Positions 26,162-35,943 of a stretch of DNA of 64,000 bases are shown piece after piece. Positions within the stretch are counted from its first letter, which is position 1. Every line of letters begins with the position of its first letter. Under the pieces are notes generated by a model that had not been told where the DNA came from, ran no database searches, and saw nothing but the letters and a program-made list of their open reading frames with translations. Made by a program: the position numbers and the translations under genes. The stretch spans positions 71,747 to 135,746 of the forward strand of contig DNHS01000051.1 of assembly GCA_003485765.1 (NCBI GenBank). The letters are read 5' to 3'. This DNA comes from Candidatus Omnitrophota bacterium. Lineage in GTDB: Bacteria > Omnitrophota > Gorgyraeia > Gorgyraeales > Gorgyraeaceae.

Positions 26162-27034
26162 CTAAAAAATATAGTTCAAGAATTTATATATTAATTTTGC
26201 TGTTAAAAAATCCGGGCTGATATTTCCAGGTATAGGGCACAATTCCACTATATCGAATCCTATAATCTCTTTTTCCTGACTAAGCTTTTTTAACAACGTG
26301 AGTGTCTCATACCAGCCCATGCCTCCGGGTTCAGGCGTGCCTACGCTCGGCATAATGGATGGATCAAGCGCATCCATATCTATAGTAACATAAACTCTAT
26401 TGCTATCCAAAGAATATATGACATCCTCTATCCAGTCTTCATTTTTGATCATGTCCTTCATAAAAAATGTCTTGAGATTATTGTTGGATTTGCCGGATTC
26501 TTCTTTGGACATACTTCTTACTCCTGCCTGGGAAAGGCCTGTAAGTTCTACAATACGCTTCGCAATACATGCGTGGCTATATTTTGAGCCCTGAAAACTA
26601 TCGCGCATGTCTCTGTGCGCGTCCAACTGCAGCACTGAAAAATTCTTAAAAATCTTCTTACATGCTCTTACAGGGCCAAGCGTAATGGAGTGCTCTCCGC
26701 CCAAAACCACGGGAAACTTGCCTGCTTTTAAAATAGATATGACTTCTTTTTCAATTTTATTAATTATATCTTCCGGCTTGGCGCCTATTTGCTTAATTTC
26801 TTTGGCTGTATATATGCCAAATTTATAAATCTCTTTCCCTGTCTCATCATCATATGTCTCCATGTGCTTTGAAGCATCTATTATTGCCTTTGGCCCGGCA
26901 GAAGCTCCGGATTTATAAGAAGTTGTCAAATCATAAGCAACTGGCAATATCGCTATCCTGGACTTATCCCAGGAAAAATATTCATCTTCCAGATCGCAAA
27001 ATTTAAACCGCGCTTTATAATTTTTATTTGGCAT
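26162..27034 (-). CDS. speB: Agmatinase
   Basis: GGEHS, DAHRD, DMDALDP, GTPEPGG. Confidence 0.95.
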   Translation of the reverse strand: MPNKNYKARFKFCDLEDEYFSWDKSRIAILPVAYDLTTSYKSGASAGPKAIIDASKHMETYDDETGKEIYKFGIYTAKEIKQIGAKPEDIINKIEKEVISILKAGKFPVVLGGEHSITLGPVRACKKIFKNFSVLQLDAHRDMRDSFQGSKYSHACIAKRIVELTGLSQAGVRSMSKEESGKSNNNLKTFFMKDMIKNEDWIEDVIYSLDSNRVYVTIDMDALDPSIMPSVGTPEPGGMGWYETLTLLKKLSQEKEIIGFDIVELCPIPGNISPDFLTAKLIYKFLNYIF

Positions 27035-27353
27035 TTGAGGTTATGAATATATATTCCAATATTCCATTGCCTGTATTTTTTACATTGTGAACTGTACCTG
27101 GCGGTATATATAACACGGAATTATCTTCAAAATCAAATTCTTCTTCACTGTTTATTAGAAGCAGCCCCTTGCCTTTTAATATCACCAGCGCCTCTTCCAG
27201 ATCATTGGTTGAGTGTTCGCCTATCTCTTCTCCTTTTTTCAATATAACATGGCCTGACTTAAGGCCCCGAGTCCCGGAATCTTTATTAAAAAGCCTCTGA
27301 TATTTTGAATTGGATTCTAACTTTACAATTTTTGGTTTTGGAAAATCAGCCAT
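27024..27353 (-). CDS. Cupin domain protein
   Basis: HST..EE...G.G; IPPGTVHNVKNTG. Confidence 0.88.
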   Translation of the reverse strand: MADFPKPKIVKLESNSKYQRLFNKDSGTRGLKSGHVILKKGEEIGEHSTNDLEEALVILKGKGLLLINSEEEFDFEDNSVLYIPPGTVHNVKNTGNGILEYIFITSNAK

Positions 27354-28440
27354 TTTTAAGGCTTGTCAGAATATCTTTATTCCAGACAAATTTTTTTCTT
27401 TTGCGGGCCCTGTGTAACTTTTCCTGAAAGGCATATGAGTAAACAAGAGGCAGGCTCACGCTCGGCTCAACAAATGCCATTGCGCAGCTTGCGTCATTAT
27501 TGATCTTTCCCCATGAGGTAGCCTCTTTTAATGTGCTGCCGCTTAACCCTCCCCAGTGAGGTACATCTGTTGTAAGCTGAAATGCGTATGAATGCCCGCC
27601 TGTATCTTTATTGAAAATATACCCCATTACAACAGCGTCGTTGATATAATTTTTAGGAACACCCCCTGCGACATAGATAGCGGCTGTCTTTTTGGATTTC
27701 ACTATGGTCTGTGTTATCTCGTAATTATCTTGTATAGAATCAATGTGCACGCCGGACAATTTATTTTCTTTGCATCTATGATAATGGCCGGTAAGGCCTA
27801 TGCCTATTGAGCTGTCATTTAAAGCAGGCGCAAAAATAGGAACCTTGTATTTATAAGCAGTCTTTACAATAGAATCTTCATCGCTCAAGCGAGAGCCAAG
27901 TGTTTCTATAAACTCCCTGGAAGAATAATTTCCCGGCTTCATTGTATCCGCAACGCGGCCTATCCAATTATCAGTATCCCAGAATTTTTCATCATCCACA
28001 TATGTATCATAAATTCTATCAATGTATAATTTATCCAGCACCCTGTCATCTGCGTCAGGGTTTCCTATATAATGCCTGAAACCTCTTGCCTGATATATAT
28101 CCTGATATATTATAGCGCCAGTGGAAACCACTACATCCACCATCTTAAACTTTATCATATTCCTTATAATATCCCTTAGCCCTGCTGCTATTAATGGCCC
28201 TGCAAGGCCTAAATATATAGTAGGCTGCGCCTTATCCTGAAGCATCTTTTTAAAAACATTGGCGCATTTATAGATATTCCGCGCCTGTATGGAACTATTC
28301 TTAAAACTACCTACCAAATCAGATATCTTGGAACCACTCTCTATCTTAACGTGCTCTATAGGCAAAGATAGGATTTTTTTCTTCAATAATGCATCATTTT
28401 TATTAAGTTTTTTTCTGGAAAATTCCTCAACCCGCGCCAT
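27346..28440 (-). CDS. Deoxyhypusine synthase-like protein (bacterial polyamine synthase)
   Basis: VSTGA, DSSIG, GGVPKNY, GGLSGSTLKEATSWGK. Confidence 0.92.
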   Translation of the reverse strand: MARVEEFSRKKLNKNDALLKKKILSLPIEHVKIESGSKISDLVGSFKNSSIQARNIYKCANVFKKMLQDKAQPTIYLGLAGPLIAAGLRDIIRNMIKFKMVDVVVSTGAIIYQDIYQARGFRHYIGNPDADDRVLDKLYIDRIYDTYVDDEKFWDTDNWIGRVADTMKPGNYSSREFIETLGSRLSDEDSIVKTAYKYKVPIFAPALNDSSIGIGLTGHYHRCKENKLSGVHIDSIQDNYEITQTIVKSKKTAAIYVAGGVPKNYINDAVVMGYIFNKDTGGHSYAFQLTTDVPHWGGLSGSTLKEATSWGKINNDASCAMAFVEPSVSLPLVYSYAFQEKLHRARKRKKFVWNKDILTSLKNG

Positions 28441-28567
28441 ACAAATTCCCTTTTATTTTTTATATTATAACATGCCCATGGGCGCTTTCCAAGCTCTTTA
28501 AACCACCTAAGGTTACATTTTTGACAATGACAGTTTTGTCGCCTCTATATTTCATTTAATCCCCTTT

Positions 28568-29062
28568 TTATCTATAATTACAGAATTGTAAAAATACAGG
28601 GAAATCTATATTTTTTAAATGCGCTATAACTGTTTGAAGGTCATCTTTTTTAGAAGCTACGACTCTTATTTTATCTTCCTCTATTCTGGCCTGAACCTTC
28701 AGCCGCAAATCCTTGATTATCTGGACCAGCTCCCTGGCCCTTTCTTTCGGAATGCCGTCTGTTATCTCTGCGACCTGCCGCAGATTCCCCTCAAACGCCT
28801 TTTCAGGCTCATTATACTTAATTGATTTTAAAGAAATTCCTCTTTTTGTCAATCTCAGGCCCAGGCTGTCATGGATACCCCGCAATTTAAAATCATCTCC
28901 GGCAACCAGGGTTATCTTTTTCTCTTCCCTGTTATAATCAATCGAAAACTTGGCGCCTTTAAAATCGTACCTGTTAGCCAATTCCTTTTTCGCCTGATTA
29001 ATTGCATTGTCAATCTCCTGTAAATCCACCTTGGAAGTAATATCAAAAGAAAAATCAGTCAT
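28568..29062 (-). CDS. yajQ: YajQ-family nucleotide (c-di-GMP)-binding protein
   Basis: SFDITS.VD.QE..NA...RYDFKG...KKDDLQ...QFCNYR. Confidence 0.95.
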   Translation of the reverse strand: MTDFSFDITSKVDLQEIDNAINQAKKELANRYDFKGAKFSIDYNREEKKITLVAGDDFKLRGIHDSLGLRLTKRGISLKSIKYNEPEKAFEGNLRQVAEITDGIPKERARELVQIIKDLRLKVQARIEEDKIRVVASKKDDLQTVIAHLKNIDFPVFLQFCNYR

Positions 29063-29114
29063 ATCTCACCTCTTTCTTATAAAATATATTATACCATTTT
29101 TTAATATAGTTTCT

Positions 29115-29153
29115 ACAACTTTACAAACTGACATTGTTAAAATGTAAAGTTGT
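29115..29153. repeat. REP-like palindrome (AACTTTACA family)
   Basis: acaactttacaaactgacattgttaaaatgtaaagttgt. Confidence 0.8.
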
Positions 29154-29219
29154 TTGGAATTTTTTTCAAAATTTAGTGCTTGAAATAGGCGGGTGGGTGA
29201 TGTATATTAGTAAAGCACT

Positions 29220-29301
<82 letters not shown>

Positions 29302-29313
29302 AATTTTTCACAG

Positions 29314-29342
29314 TTGACAGTTGGCTCTGAAGACTATATACT
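29314..29342 (+). promoter_or_regulatory. Sigma70-type promoter for tRNA-Asp
   Basis: TTGACA-N17-TATACT. Confidence 0.6.
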
Positions 29343-29357
29343 TATTAATCATCAATG

Positions 29358-29434
29358 GGGGACGTAGTTCAGTTGGATAGAATAATTGATTGTCGATCAA
29401 TAGGTCGCGGGTTCGAATCCCGTCGTCCCCGCCA
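29358..29434 (+). tRNA. tRNA-Asp (GTC)
   Basis: GGGGACG/CGTCCCC acceptor, anticodon loop TTGTCGA, GTTCGAAT, GCCA end. Confidence 0.95.
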
Positions 29435-29471
29435 GTTGAAACACCTTTACATGCGTAGGACTTTGGCTAGA

Positions 29472-29633
29472 TCAGCATATCTGCGCTGGTCCAGTAGCAC
29501 AGCGATTACATGAACCATAAGCTGCAGCTTTTGTAAATTGCTCTTTATCGAATAATGATTCGCTTTGGATAGCAGGGCTTATATAATGTTTTTTAGGCGG
29601 CTTATTATTTTTAACACGCGAACGTTTTTCCAT
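29472..29633 (-). CDS. Putative RiPP precursor peptide (53 aa, not in ORF track)
   Basis: MEKRSRVKNNKPPKKHYISPAIQSESLFDKEQFTKAAAYGSCNRCATGPAQIC; GGGAGG SD; YxxP leader motif; three Cys in C-terminal core. Confidence 0.8.
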   Translation of the reverse strand: MEKRSRVKNNKPPKKHYISPAIQSESLFDKEQFTKAAAYGSCNRCATGPAQIC

Positions 29634-30702
29634 CACATACCTCCCTTTTTATTAAATGTTTCTTTCGCTTACTTTCCTCATGCAGAAAATATGTCAGATC
29701 ACACGCCTCTTTTTCTGGTTCTAAACTTTTGTTTTCAAGAAAACGATTAACAGGACATACCGCGCACTTCGAAATTAACTTACACCTATTGCATATTGGT
29801 ATATCTTTAAATTTTATATTCCGCCATTGTTTTAATACGCTGGAATCTCTCCATATTTTTTCAAAAGACTCTTCGCATATATTGCCTGCGCTATATGGAG
29901 CTAAGAGACAGGGGTATAACCGGCCATATGGGTCTATTGAAAATGTACTATGTCCTCCCTTGCATACATTGCGTTCAAGCAAATCTTCAAGCGGTTCAGT
30001 ATCGTTCTGAGCGAAATAAGATAAGTCCTCTTCATAAATTTTTGCAAGATGCCTAGAGAGAGCTTTTGTGGATATATCATTATATCTATTTTGCTCGCTC
30101 CCATTGCGCATCGGGGCTGTTATATGATTAAATTGGCAGCGCACCCCAAGATCGCCAGCAAGTTTTTTTATATCAGCATATAAATTAAAATTATCCTTTG
30201 AAAGAGATGTTTTTAACCTAACTCTAACTTTATACTTAGTAAGAAAACGCACTGCATTTATTGTGCGCTCAAAAGAACCTTTTCTCCTGGTAATTTTCTC
30301 ATGCGTTGGACTATTGGGCCCATATATGCTAATACAAACTTCTGCTATATTGTAGCTGCTTATTTGCTTGGCTTTTTTATCATCTATAAGAGTACCGTTT
30401 GTAAATATTGTTATAGCAAATTTCTTATGATTAGCGTGCTCGAGTATATCAAATATATCTTCTCGCATAAAGACCTCGCCACCGGTAAAAATTATAAAAA
30501 ACGTTCCGTGAAAGGCAAGGACATCTAAAATATCTTTTATCTGCTTCGTAGACAGAGGCTGTGTAGTAAAATCATTATTATAGCAATGATAACACCTAAG
30601 ATTGCATTTAAATGTCAGCTCAAAAATGCACCTAAAAGGGATATCCTCTTTATTGCATCTTTTCAGAAAACGTTCATATAAAGAATTGGTATCCATTATC
30701 AT
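29611..30702 (-). CDS. Radical SAM/SPASM peptide maturase
   Basis: CNLRCYHC, TGGE, TNG; SPASM C...G.LYPC...CNRC...C.VC. Confidence 0.93.
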   Translation of the reverse strand: MIMDTNSLYERFLKRCNKEDIPFRCIFELTFKCNLRCYHCYNNDFTTQPLSTKQIKDILDVLAFHGTFFIIFTGGEVFMREDIFDILEHANHKKFAITIFTNGTLIDDKKAKQISSYNIAEVCISIYGPNSPTHEKITRRKGSFERTINAVRFLTKYKVRVRLKTSLSKDNFNLYADIKKLAGDLGVRCQFNHITAPMRNGSEQNRYNDISTKALSRHLAKIYEEDLSYFAQNDTEPLEDLLERNVCKGGHSTFSIDPYGRLYPCLLAPYSAGNICEESFEKIWRDSSVLKQWRNIKFKDIPICNRCKLISKCAVCPVNRFLENKSLEPEKEACDLTYFLHEESKRKKHLIKREVCDGKTFAC

Positions 30703-30703
30703 T

Positions 30704-30967
30704 CTATTTCGTAAGCAAAAGTTTCGCCCTTTTCATTTTCTTTATCAAGTTTAAAATATCGGCTTTGGCTTTTCCCCGCTTTATATCATATTCTTTGCAT
30801 ATATATGTTAAAATTTTCTCCAGTGAAACCCAACCTACAGATAACTCCCAGACTTTAGTACCTATTTCATTCAGGCAATGGATTTTATTTTCAAGAGAAG
30901 AGTAAATAATAGTCTCTTTTCCAAAAATACGGAAGGCAATATGTGGATTACGCTTTATAAAAGACAT
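30704..30967 (-). CDS. PqqD-family RiPP recognition element
   Basis: HCLNEIGTKVWEL...ICKEYDI...ADILNLIKKM...LL; start reassigned to MSFIKRNP. Confidence 0.88.
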   Translation of the reverse strand: MSFIKRNPHIAFRIFGKETIIYSSLENKIHCLNEIGTKVWELSVGWVSLEKILTYICKEYDIKRGKAKADILNLIKKMKRAKLLLTK

Positions 30968-31788
30968 ATCTTGCTTCTTTCTAATAAAGGCGCCTTTTTT
31001 GAGAACTCCAGGATATGCGTTGGTACTATGTTGATCATCTTGCAACAGATATCAAATATTTTGTTGGTATCCGGATATACGCCAACCCCATATACGTTCC
31101 GCATTAATATCTTAAGCGCATTACATATAGATAGCGGAACTACTTTATTATAAAGGCCTTTTCTGAGGAAGAAAATTCTTCTGAGAGGGGTTCTTTTTCT
31201 CTTATTTAAACCATCCCAGTGAACCGAACTAACAGGAGGATTATGGATGTAGAAACGCTCACCTTCATATTTTATAAATGTTAATTCATCATGTAAAACA
31301 GTGTAATCATTTGGAATGAGTTTCACAATCGTTGATTTCCCGGATCCTGACGGACCTGCAAATATAACTCCTCTATTTTTATAACAAACGCTCGAACAAT
31401 GTATTGCAATGCTATTATATGATGGGGAAATAAATCTGTAAATCTCCATTAAGGAAAATAGAATAAAATTCGTCATTCTTCTCCCGTTACAAGTTGCAAG
31501 AATATATCCTTTCTTAGTCCTTGCGTCAAAAACACACTTGCCATTTAAATTTGATATCTTAACCAAAAACTTGGAATAAGAAGACGTTTTTATATTGCGC
31601 TGGATATAAACGTTCTTTTTTTTGGAAGGCTTGCTCTGCTTAATAAAAATAGATATATGTTTTTCCTTATTAAAATTATCAAATTTAAACCCTGCTAAAC
31701 GTTCTTCTAAACATTGGAATAACTTATGGCTTTTACATGTCAGTGTGCAAGGAATCTGAGCTATTTTTAAACTTAGATTAAATTCCAC
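30955..31788 (-). CDS. HPr kinase-related P-loop protein (ScmC-like)
   Basis: IHCSSV...GVIFAGPSGSGKST...LHDE. Confidence 0.78.
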   Translation of the reverse strand: MEFNLSLKIAQIPCTLTCKSHKLFQCLEERLAGFKFDNFNKEKHISIFIKQSKPSKKKNVYIQRNIKTSSYSKFLVKISNLNGKCVFDARTKKGYILATCNGRRMTNFILFSLMEIYRFISPSYNSIAIHCSSVCYKNRGVIFAGPSGSGKSTIVKLIPNDYTVLHDELTFIKYEGERFYIHNPPVSSVHWDGLNKRKRTPLRRIFFLRKGLYNKVVPLSICNALKILMRNVYGVGVYPDTNKIFDICCKMINIVPTHILEFSKKAPLLERSKICLL

Positions 31789-31818
31789 AAAATCATTAAG
31801 CCTTATATTTTAATTTAT

Positions 31819-32280
31819 CTACATGCCGGATAATTTGCCTATCGCCATCAAGGTGAATACCATTGTAAATATTGCGACTGTCTCTATGATACCTAGGACC
31901 ATCAGATAGTTTCCAAAGCCTTTTCCTGTCTCACCCATTGCATCGCTGGCTGAAGCAGCTGCTAATCCCTGATACCACGCTGAAAAACCTATTGCAGCTC
32001 CTGATAAGGCTCCCAGTATCCCAAGCGCCGCTGTATTTTGTACAGTTTTACTGGCTTCCAATAAAGCGTTCATAACTATCATCCCATAAATTGTCTGGGT
32101 AAGAGGCGCTCCTACAAACGCCAGGAATATAAACGGCGCGGTTTTATTCTGGGCGAAACATTTCTTCCATGCTCCTATCGCAGCCATACCTGCTACTCCT
32201 GCGCCAGCGCCTGAGCCGATAGCTGAAAAGGCAAGCGCCGCGCCTGCTATCCCGATATCTTTAAAATTTGACATATCCAT
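31819..32280 (-). CDS. ntpK: V-type ATPase subunit K, 4-TM, Na+-binding signature (operon 2)
   Basis: PLTQTIYG, WYQG, GIIETVAIF. Confidence 0.93.
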   Translation of the reverse strand: MDMSNFKDIGIAGAALAFSAIGSGAGAGVAGMAAIGAWKKCFAQNKTAPFIFLAFVGAPLTQTIYGMIVMNALLEASKTVQNTAALGILGALSGAAIGFSAWYQGLAAASASDAMGETGKGFGNYLMVLGIIETVAIFTMVFTLMAIGKLSGM

Positions 32281-32293
32281 AAATTCTCCTCCC

Positions 32294-34030
32294 CTATTTT
32301 AACCTAAAAGGATTATACTCTGTACCTGACCATTCCATATCCAAATGCCCTGAAAATTCAAGCACATTCAGTCTCACCCCATGAACCAGTATAGACAATA
32401 TACCCATCGCGAGATTCAGGGTATGTCCCGCAAAAAGCACAAAAGCGCTAAACAAAATGCTTAAAAAACTGGCTGTTCCTATGCTACCTGCTATCTGGTT
32501 AAATGCGTTTGCTATTGCCACCCCTGCGAGCCCTACCGCGAATAATCTTATATAGGAGACTATATCCGCAAAACTATTCACGAGTTTCAATAAAAAATCT
32601 CCAAGTCCAGCTCCGATACCGGCAAATATGTTTTTCCCGGGACTTGTAAATAAAATAATAAGGGTTGAGCCTCCTATAAAAATCCATTTCCCAATACTTG
32701 GAAATTCAAAATTCAATATGAGGGCTTTTGCCAGAAAATACGCGCACCATAAAACCGCTATCCACCCTATATCGCTCAACGCCTTTAAAGACGGCCATTT
32801 TCTTAAAATTTTCCAGATATGAGCGAGGCTCAGCTGTACTGCGCCTATTAAAAAACATAAGGCCTGGACATTTGTGTTGTTGGAGAGATATGGGACAAGA
32901 GGTTTTATCCATATGTGCGGCCCGAAAAATACGCCTGTCATCAGGCCCCATGCAATAGCGCAGCTACTCAGGACATATGTTAAGAAAAAAATTGATTTAT
33001 CTTTTATAGCCTTAAACTTTTTCTGCGCTATTAAAGCTATTAGGAAATACGTAAGCCCATAGCCCGCATCGCCTATAAGCATGCCGAAAAATATAGAAAA
33101 GAATATTAAAAAATACGGGCTTATATCCAGCTCTCTGTATCCCGGAATAGTGTTTATAATGCTGAATATGGGTTTTATTACTTCCACCCATTTAGGATTT
33201 TTTATAAGGGTCGGGGGAAAGTCATTTTCGTCCGGTTCACTTATTAATACGCCCCATTTTTCTTTTGAGGCTGAGCTTTCTATAATGCCTAATTTATTCT
33301 CCGGACAATACCCTTTTAAATAAGAAAGTTTTTCAAAATTCCCTGCGCCCTCCCGTATTTCATTAAATTCTATTATAACGCCGAGTTTTTTCTCATATTT
33401 TATCAATTCGTTTTTATGCGCGCTGATTTCTAGAAATCTTTTGTTTATCCTGACCAGGTTTTCTTCGCAGTCTTTCTTTTTTAAAAACATCTCTTCCAGG
33501 CTTACTTCAGGCAGAGCCAAGGTCTCAAAAGGCAGTTTAATATCCTCTCTGAATATTGCTGCGCAGTAAATAATTTTGCCTTTTTCAAAAATCTTTTCTA
33601 TTATCACGCCTTTAGGAGCATCTTTGATTTCCCTGGTACTAAGTTTGCAGAGCCTTACCCGTATATTTTTAGTTTCCAGGCCCTCAATTGCCTCAGGGTC
33701 AAAATCCCCCCATTCATTCCATATTTCTATATCGCGTTTCAGGATTTGCAATTCTTCTACCAGTGTTTCTTTTTCATCCAGAAGCCCGGCTATCTCATCT
33801 ATAAGGACATCTTCTTTGTTATCCGAAATAGCCTGATTTTTTATATCATGTAAAACCGCGATAGCTTTTAAAATGTGGTTTAATTTTTCCTTAAGCGCCA
33901 CGATGTTTTCCCCTAAAGGCGCGTTCTCATGCTCCACATGCAAAAGCCCCAGCCTTCTCACAGATTCAAGCGTGGAATCAATATCCTTTGACTGGGTTAT
34001 TAAAATTATCTTTTTCATTTTGACTATCAT
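32294..34030 (-). CDS. ntpI: V-type ATPase subunit I (operon 2)
   Basis: GDAGYG, SYIRLFAVG, RLNVLEF. Confidence 0.95.
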   Translation of the reverse strand: MIVKMKKIILITQSKDIDSTLESVRRLGLLHVEHENAPLGENIVALKEKLNHILKAIAVLHDIKNQAISDNKEDVLIDEIAGLLDEKETLVEELQILKRDIEIWNEWGDFDPEAIEGLETKNIRVRLCKLSTREIKDAPKGVIIEKIFEKGKIIYCAAIFREDIKLPFETLALPEVSLEEMFLKKKDCEENLVRINKRFLEISAHKNELIKYEKKLGVIIEFNEIREGAGNFEKLSYLKGYCPENKLGIIESSASKEKWGVLISEPDENDFPPTLIKNPKWVEVIKPIFSIINTIPGYRELDISPYFLIFFSIFFGMLIGDAGYGLTYFLIALIAQKKFKAIKDKSIFFLTYVLSSCAIAWGLMTGVFFGPHIWIKPLVPYLSNNTNVQALCFLIGAVQLSLAHIWKILRKWPSLKALSDIGWIAVLWCAYFLAKALILNFEFPSIGKWIFIGGSTLIILFTSPGKNIFAGIGAGLGDFLLKLVNSFADIVSYIRLFAVGLAGVAIANAFNQIAGSIGTASFLSILFSAFVLFAGHTLNLAMGILSILVHGVRLNVLEFSGHLDMEWSGTEYNPFRLK

Positions 34031-34644
34031 ATTAAAACAGCCTCTAAGCTCATTCTTTTTATCTTATTCTTCGCCATCTTGGAACGTCCTACCGCGCCGG
34101 CCTGCTGGTCGCCTAGATAAATTCTTATCCGTCTTATATTATCAGCGCACTCCGGGATCTTTACTTTTTCAAAAAGATTTACCCGCTGGTTTGTAACCCT
34201 GAGCTCCTCGCTCAGTATACTCAATTGTCCATTCAGTATCTTTTTCTCTTCCAGAAAAGTTACAAACTTCCTTAACTCGATAATCGCGGTATCAACCCAT
34301 AGCGGCGTTAAAAATAAATCGTATTCAGCCTCTTCGAATTCCATTTTTTCAAATACCTGTATATCCACGCCCGCTATATTAAAACTCGAGGTAGCAATAT
34401 TTTTAGGCTTTATCCAACCGGCTACATAATCTCCGGGTTCCTCCAGAAGATTTGCCCACTCGCTTATCTCGTTCTCCAGATTATCCAGTTCCTGATTTTT
34501 CAGGTTTAATTTTTCGCGAACCCGCTGTATCTCAAGCTGCATCTGCTGTTTCTTTAGCTGCAATATAGGTAGATAGCGCTCGAATCTTTTCAGGCCGTCG
34601 CGTTGTCTTTTCAGCTCGCCCTTTGTAAATTTGATTTTCCCCAT
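34027..34644 (-). CDS. ntpD: V-type ATPase subunit D (operon 2)
   Basis: LPILQLKK, QRVNLFEKVKIP. Confidence 0.95.
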   Translation of the reverse strand: MGKIKFTKGELKRQRDGLKRFERYLPILQLKKQQMQLEIQRVREKLNLKNQELDNLENEISEWANLLEEPGDYVAGWIKPKNIATSSFNIAGVDIQVFEKMEFEEAEYDLFLTPLWVDTAIIELRKFVTFLEEKKILNGQLSILSEELRVTNQRVNLFEKVKIPECADNIRRIRIYLGDQQAGAVGRSKMAKNKIKRMSLEAVLI

Positions 34645-34647
34645 GTA

Positions 34648-35943
34648 TTATTTCTTCGGCCAGAATTCGCTTGTGAGTTCAGTCTTTATGCTTATTTCTG
34701 TCAGTTCGAAATTCTCCGCCAGGATCTGCCATCCAAGGTCCAGGGCTTTTTCCAATGGTATATCCACGGAAATATTCATCATTCTTTCTTCAAACGCCCT
34801 GCCATATTTAAGGAGCTTCTTGTCCCATTCGCTCATATGAAAACCCATCGACTGCTTTTCAAGGGCTTCTCTGTAATCGCTAAATAGCTGAATCATCCTG
34901 TCCATTATGGCGCGATGGTCTTTCCTGGTTTTGCCGTTAACCAGCTGCTTCAAGCGGCTTAATGAACCGAACGGCTCGATTGATTTATTTCTCAGATAAA
35001 ACTGGCCTTCTGTAATATATCCAGTATTATCGGGAACAGGGTGGGTCACGTCATCTCCAGGCATCGTGGTGACAGCCAGTATTGTTATGGATCCTGCTGT
35101 ATCAAAATCAACTGCCTTTTCATAGCGCTTTGCCAGCTGGCTGTATAAATCTCCGGGATATCCTCTATTGGAAGGGATCTGCTCCATGGTAATCGATATT
35201 TCTTTCAGGGCGTCACAGAAATTCGTCATGTCGCTCAAAAGTACCAGGACGCGCTTACCTTGCAGCGCAAACTGCTCAGCTACAGCCAAGCTCAGATCAG
35301 GCACGAGCAGGCACTCTACGGTAGGGTCCTGGGCTGTGTGCACGAAAAATATCGCCCTGGATAGAGACCCGTTTTTCTCAAGAGTATCTCTAAAGAAAAG
35401 ATAATCGTCGTACTTAAGCCCCATGCCTCCCAATATTATAATATCCACTTCCGCCTGCATCGCTATGCGTGCTAATAGCTCATTGTATGGCTCTCCTGGC
35501 ACTGAGAATATCGGAAGTTTCTGAGACTCAACAAGAGAATTAAATATATCTATCATAGGAATGCCGGTGCGTATCATTTTCCTGGGAATAATCCTTTTCG
35601 CCGGGTTCACTGAAGGCCCGCCTATCTCAACCATATTTTCCTCTAAGATTGGCCCATTATCTCTGGGAAGGCCTGCGCCGTTAAACAAACGGCCTAGAAG
35701 ATTTTCCGTAAAAGAAACTCTCATAGGATGCCCCAGGAACCTTATCTTGTCTTCTGTTGAGATGCCGCGGCTTCCTGCGTATATCTGCAGATATACCCTT
35801 TCTCCGTCTATCCTTATTACCTGCGCCAGGGATTTTCCTGCTTTTGAAGATATCTCAGCTAGGTCACTGTAACCCACGTCTCTCGCCTCAACAGTAATTA
35901 CGTTGCCTGCTATCTGAATTATACGATTATAGATTTTTTGCAT
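34648..35943 (-). CDS. ntpB: V-type ATPase subunit B (operon 2)
   Basis: [30 protein letters not shown]. Confidence 0.97.
   Translation of the reverse strand: MQKIYNRIIQIAGNVITVEARDVGYSDLAEISSKAGKSLAQVIRIDGERVYLQIYAGSRGISTEDKIRFLGHPMRVSFTENLLGRLFNGAGLPRDNGPILEENMVEIGGPSVNPAKRIIPRKMIRTGIPMIDIFNSLVESQKLPIFSVPGEPYNELLARIAMQAEVDIIILGGMGLKYDDYLFFRDTLEKNGSLSRAIFFVHTAQDPTVECLLVPDLSLAVAEQFALQGKRVLVLLSDMTNFCDALKEISITMEQIPSNRGYPGDLYSQLAKRYEKAVDFDTAGSITILAVTTMPGDDVTHPVPDNTGYITEGQFYLRNKSIEPFGSLSRLKQLVNGKTRKDHRAIMDRMIQLFSDYREALEKQSMGFHMSEWDKKLLKYGRAFEERMMNISVDIPLEKALDLGWQILAENFELTEISIKTELTSEFWPKK

Noticed and set aside
29434-31818. RiPP cluster as a tRNA-Asp-integrated island
   Set aside because: No tRNA 3'-end duplicate or integrase seen at the far boundary
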